A stretch of 18,442 bases of DNA, taken from Oligoflexales bacterium. GTDB lineage: Bacteria > Bdellovibrionota_B > Oligoflexia > Oligoflexales > Bog-1112. The notes beneath the pieces are model-generated. The model was not told where the DNA came from and ran no database searches. It saw only the letters and a list, made by a program, of their open reading frames with translations. Position 1 is the stretch's first letter, and each line of letters starts with the position of its first letter. Position numbers and translations under genes: made by a program. The stretch spans positions 1 through 18,442 of the forward strand of contig JBGCDR010000169.1 of the NCBI GenBank assembly GCA_045105515.1, in the 5' to 3' direction. Below are positions 15,102 to 18,442 of this stretch, in pieces.

Positions 15102-18100
15102 ATGCAGAATAAACCGTTGAAGTGGCAATTTTGGGTAGATCGGGGAGGGACTTTTACAGATATTGTTGGACGGAGTCCTAATGGAAAGCTTATAAGTAAA
15201 AAGTACTTGAGTACTGATCCGCAGCGTTACGAAGATGCTGTCCTTGCTGGAGTATTGGAATTCCTTGAAGAGCATGAGGAACATTCCCACATAAACTCTG
15301 TTTCTGTGCTTAAAATTGGTACTACAGTAGCTACCAATGCACTTCTTGAACGTAAGGGTTCTAAAGTAGCACTTTTTATTACCAAAGGGTTTAAAGATCT
15401 TTTGTTCATCGGAGATCAGACCAGGCCTAATATTTTTGCTAGAAACATCAATCGGGTAGATCCTCTTTATCAAGGGGTTTTTGAGATTGATGAGCGTTTG
15501 GATGCTTCAGGCCGTATCCTAACAGCATTAAATGAAGTTTCAGCGAAGAAAGCCTTAAGAGCTGCTTTTGAAGATGGTTTCCGCAGTTGTGCAGTTGTAT
15601 TGATGCACTCTTATCTCAACTCTGTCCATGAAAATAAAATCGTAGCCTGGGCTAAAGAAATAGGATTTCAACAGGTTTCATCTTCGAGTCAATTGGTGCC
15701 ACTCATTAAAATTGTTCCAAGAGGGCAGACCTGTGTTATGGATGCATACCTCTCTCCTGTTTTAACCGCTTATAAGAACTTACTGTATAAAGGGCTGGAG
15801 CAGAGTCCAATTATGTTTATGCAGTCAAATGGAGGTCTTATTGAGGCTGAAAAATTCAAGGGAATGGATGCTATTCTTTCTGGGCCTGCAGGAGGTATGG
15901 TTGGAGCGGTTAAAACAGCACTCCAAAATAACATCAAAAAAGTCATCTCTTTTGATATGGGGGGAACATCCACTGATGTCGGTTTATATGATGGTACTTA
16001 TTTAAGAAACTTTGAGCCTACCATTGAGGGAATGAAACTTAGAGTTCCTAGCCTTGATATTCATACTATAGCTGCTGGTGGAGGGTCATTGCTTAGCTTT
16101 TATCAAGGACGTTTGCAAGTTGGTCCTGAGTCAGCAGGGGCATTGCCTGGTCCCGCAGCATATGGCAAGGGAGGTCCTCTCACAATAACTGATTGCAATG
16201 TCCTTTTGGGTAGGATTCAAGCTAATTTCTTCCCAAAAGTGTTCGGTAGCGATGGTAACCAAGCCCTCGATACTAGTAATGTTACTGCTAAGTTTAAGCA
16301 GCTGTTAACTAAAATCGAGCATGATTTGAGGGTAAAGAATTCGACGTATGAGCTAGCTGATCTATACCTTGAAATCGCCTGTCAAAAGATGGCGAATGCA
16401 ATCCGAAAAATTTCTACAGGACGAGGATATGATATAAGCCAATTTACCCTAAGTAGTTTTGGTGGGGCTGGTGGTCAGCATGCCTGTAGGGTTGCAAGTC
16501 ACCTTGGTATCAATACTATCTTTATTCATCCACTTGCAGGGGTTTTATCTGCTCTTGGAATCGGCATAGCTGATTTAAATTACTTTAGTCAGAGAAGCGT
16601 TGCTAAATGTTTAAATCCGGATATCTTGGTAACAATTGAATTGCTTTTTAAGGAATTAGAAATTGAAAATGATCTAACGATAGCAGCTAGTCCTGCACCG
16701 CCTGAGCAGGTACTACATAAACGGCTTCTGTATTTACGATATGAAGGATCTGATACAAAAATTGAGATTCCCTTTACTCTTGAAATAAAGAAATTGAGAG
16801 AAGATTTTTCGGCAAAACATGAACAGTATTTTGGCTTTATGCTTGATACTACGTTGTTCGTAGAATCCATTTGTCTACAATCCCAGGGAGTTTATGATAA
16901 TCCAATTTCCCTAGTCAGTCAAAAATCTGATTCTAAACTTCATGAAACTACTAAGGTGAAAGCGTACTTTGATGGAAAGATGCGAAAAATCGATGCATAT
17001 GATGAGCATAACTTTCCATTTTCTTTACAAATTTCCGGTCCAACTATTATTTTTTCTGAGCATGGAACTATAGTAGTTGAGGAAAATTGGTCTATTACGA
17101 AAAATAAAAAAGGCTGTTTTATTCTAACAAAAAAAGCCCAGAATAAAGTCTACAAACAGACTCAAAAACATAAAAATTCTGATCCATTTTATCTGGAAAT
17201 ATTCAATAATTTATTTATGTCCATGGCAGAGAATATGGGAGAGGTACTTAAAAATACTGCAAGCTCGGTGAATATAAAAGAAAGGGAAGATTACTCCTGC
17301 GCTATTTTTGATGAAGATGGATTGCTCGTGTCTAATGCCCCGCATATGCCCGTGCATTTAGGATCAATGAGTGAAAGTGTAAAAAGCCTCATTGCTCAGC
17401 ATGAATCTACTATGGCACCTGGACAGGTGTACATTCATAACTCTCCCTACTCAGGTGGAACCCACCTTCCAGATATGACCGTTGTAAGTCCAATCTTTGT
17501 AAACAAGCATGAAAGACCAACTTACTATGTAGCATCGCGAGGTCATCATGCAGACTGCGGAGGAATAAGTCCAGGGTCAATGCCAGCGTTAAGCACACAT
17601 ATTAGTGAAGAAGGTGTTTTCTTAGATCATCTTAAAATAGTTGACAATAATATCTTTAATGAGATTCTGCTTAGAAAAACTATGATGGAAAACAAATATC
17701 CTCCAAGAAATATGGAGCAAAATATTGCAGATATAAAGGCACAAATAGCTGCTAACAAACGAGGAGAATCCGAAATATTTCAGGCGATTAACGGATTTGG
17801 AGTCGACATGTTAAGCTCCTATATGCAACACATTCAGGACAACGCTGAAGAGTTGGTTCGTGAAGTAATCACGGAAATAAAGGATGCAAAATGTGTAATT
17901 GATATGGATCAAGGAATCAAAATCTCGGTTAACCTTAAGGTGGATCGACTAGCAAAAAGTATGATTGTAGATTTTTCTGAAAGTTCGGTATCAGGAGAAC
18001 ACAATTTTAATGCTCCTTATGCAGTTTGCAAGGCTGCGGTTCTATACGTTTTAAGGTCACTTGTTGATCAAAAAATCCCTCTTAATGATGGTTGCCTTAA

Positions 18101-18303
18101 GCCGATCAAAATTATTTTGCCTCCTGGTAGTGTTCTTAATCCGATTTTTCCTCGAGCAGTGGTTGCTGGGAATGTAGAAACATCGCAAGCTATTGTCAAT
18201 GCCCTATGGGGAGCATTGGGTCAGCTGGCAGGATCTGCAGGTACTATGAATAATCTTAGCTTTGGTGACCATGAGTTTCAGTATTATGAAACCATTGGAG
18301 GCG
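15102..18303 (+). pseudogene. Fused hydantoinase A/B-type 5-oxoprolinase (ATP-hydrolysing), C-terminally interrupted by IS
   Basis: DRGGTFTD, GTTVATNALLERKG, SGPAGG, DMGGTSTD, SVNIKEREDYSCA, PHMPVHLGSM, GGTHLPD, GTMNN, YYETIGG. The conserved downstream H.HMTN..TDPE region is absent, replaced by AGLIQIRFFPIFH*. Confidence 0.9.
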
Positions 18304-18442
18304 CAGGGCTGATTCAAATAAGATTTTTTCCAATTTTTCATTAAATAGGTCAGAAAAATTCTAAGCCGCAGTACCAAAAGTGACTAGATAAAAAAAATAT
18401 AGGAAGAAAAAACTTAAAAAAAATGGCTCACTTTTATTAAAA
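18304..18442. mobile_element. End of an insertion sequence (CAGGG terminus, ISAs1-like)
   Basis: CAGGGCTGATTCAAATAAG begins where oxoprolinase homology stops and matches the repeat at 122-140. Confidence 0.7.

Noticed and set aside
561..17598. Antisense or overlapping ORFs in the track (561-836, 972-1253, 1235-1471, 2248-2484, 3387-3743, 3587-3871, 3826-4176, 4219-4635, 5526-5750, 8476-8691, 8917-9108, 9729-10006, 10499-10708, 11039-11662, 12324-13780, 15012-17598)
   Set aside because: Shadow frames of better-supported genes or repeats, with no recognisable motifs

Overview
AT-rich bacterial DNA; the gene families suggest a Bdellovibrionota/Oligoflexia- or delta-proteobacteria-like host (inference). 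Both window ends (1-140 and 18304-18442) are ends of one IS type. They share the imperfect terminal repeat CAGGG[T/C]TGATTCAA[G/A]TAAG, which truncates a Prim-Pol gene on the left and a 5-oxoprolinase on the right. The left ~10 kb is a decaying, nested island cluster around a tRNA-Asn(GTT) 3'-half att duplicate (5340-5385). It holds remnants of a satellite-like element: Prim-Pol divergent from an XRE gene, and a tyrosine-integrase C-terminal fragment missed by the ORF track. Three XRE paralogues are each followed by an inverted array of 9-bp repeats. A diverged duplicated block (about 1320-3560 vs 8654-9925) carries an AgmX/PglI-like lipoprotein and a GIY-YIG nuclease. Other cargo is an internalin-like LRR lipoprotein and an operon of barrel-like protein / lipopeptide-Hint protein / beta-barrel. 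The right part looks like host chromosome: an FmdB-like peptide, a cupin protein, an Hpt protein with MshEN-like repeats, feoAB with a Fur box, a frameshifted DUF3147-like gene and the oxoprolinase. All family calls come from motif recognition by eye, not database searches.
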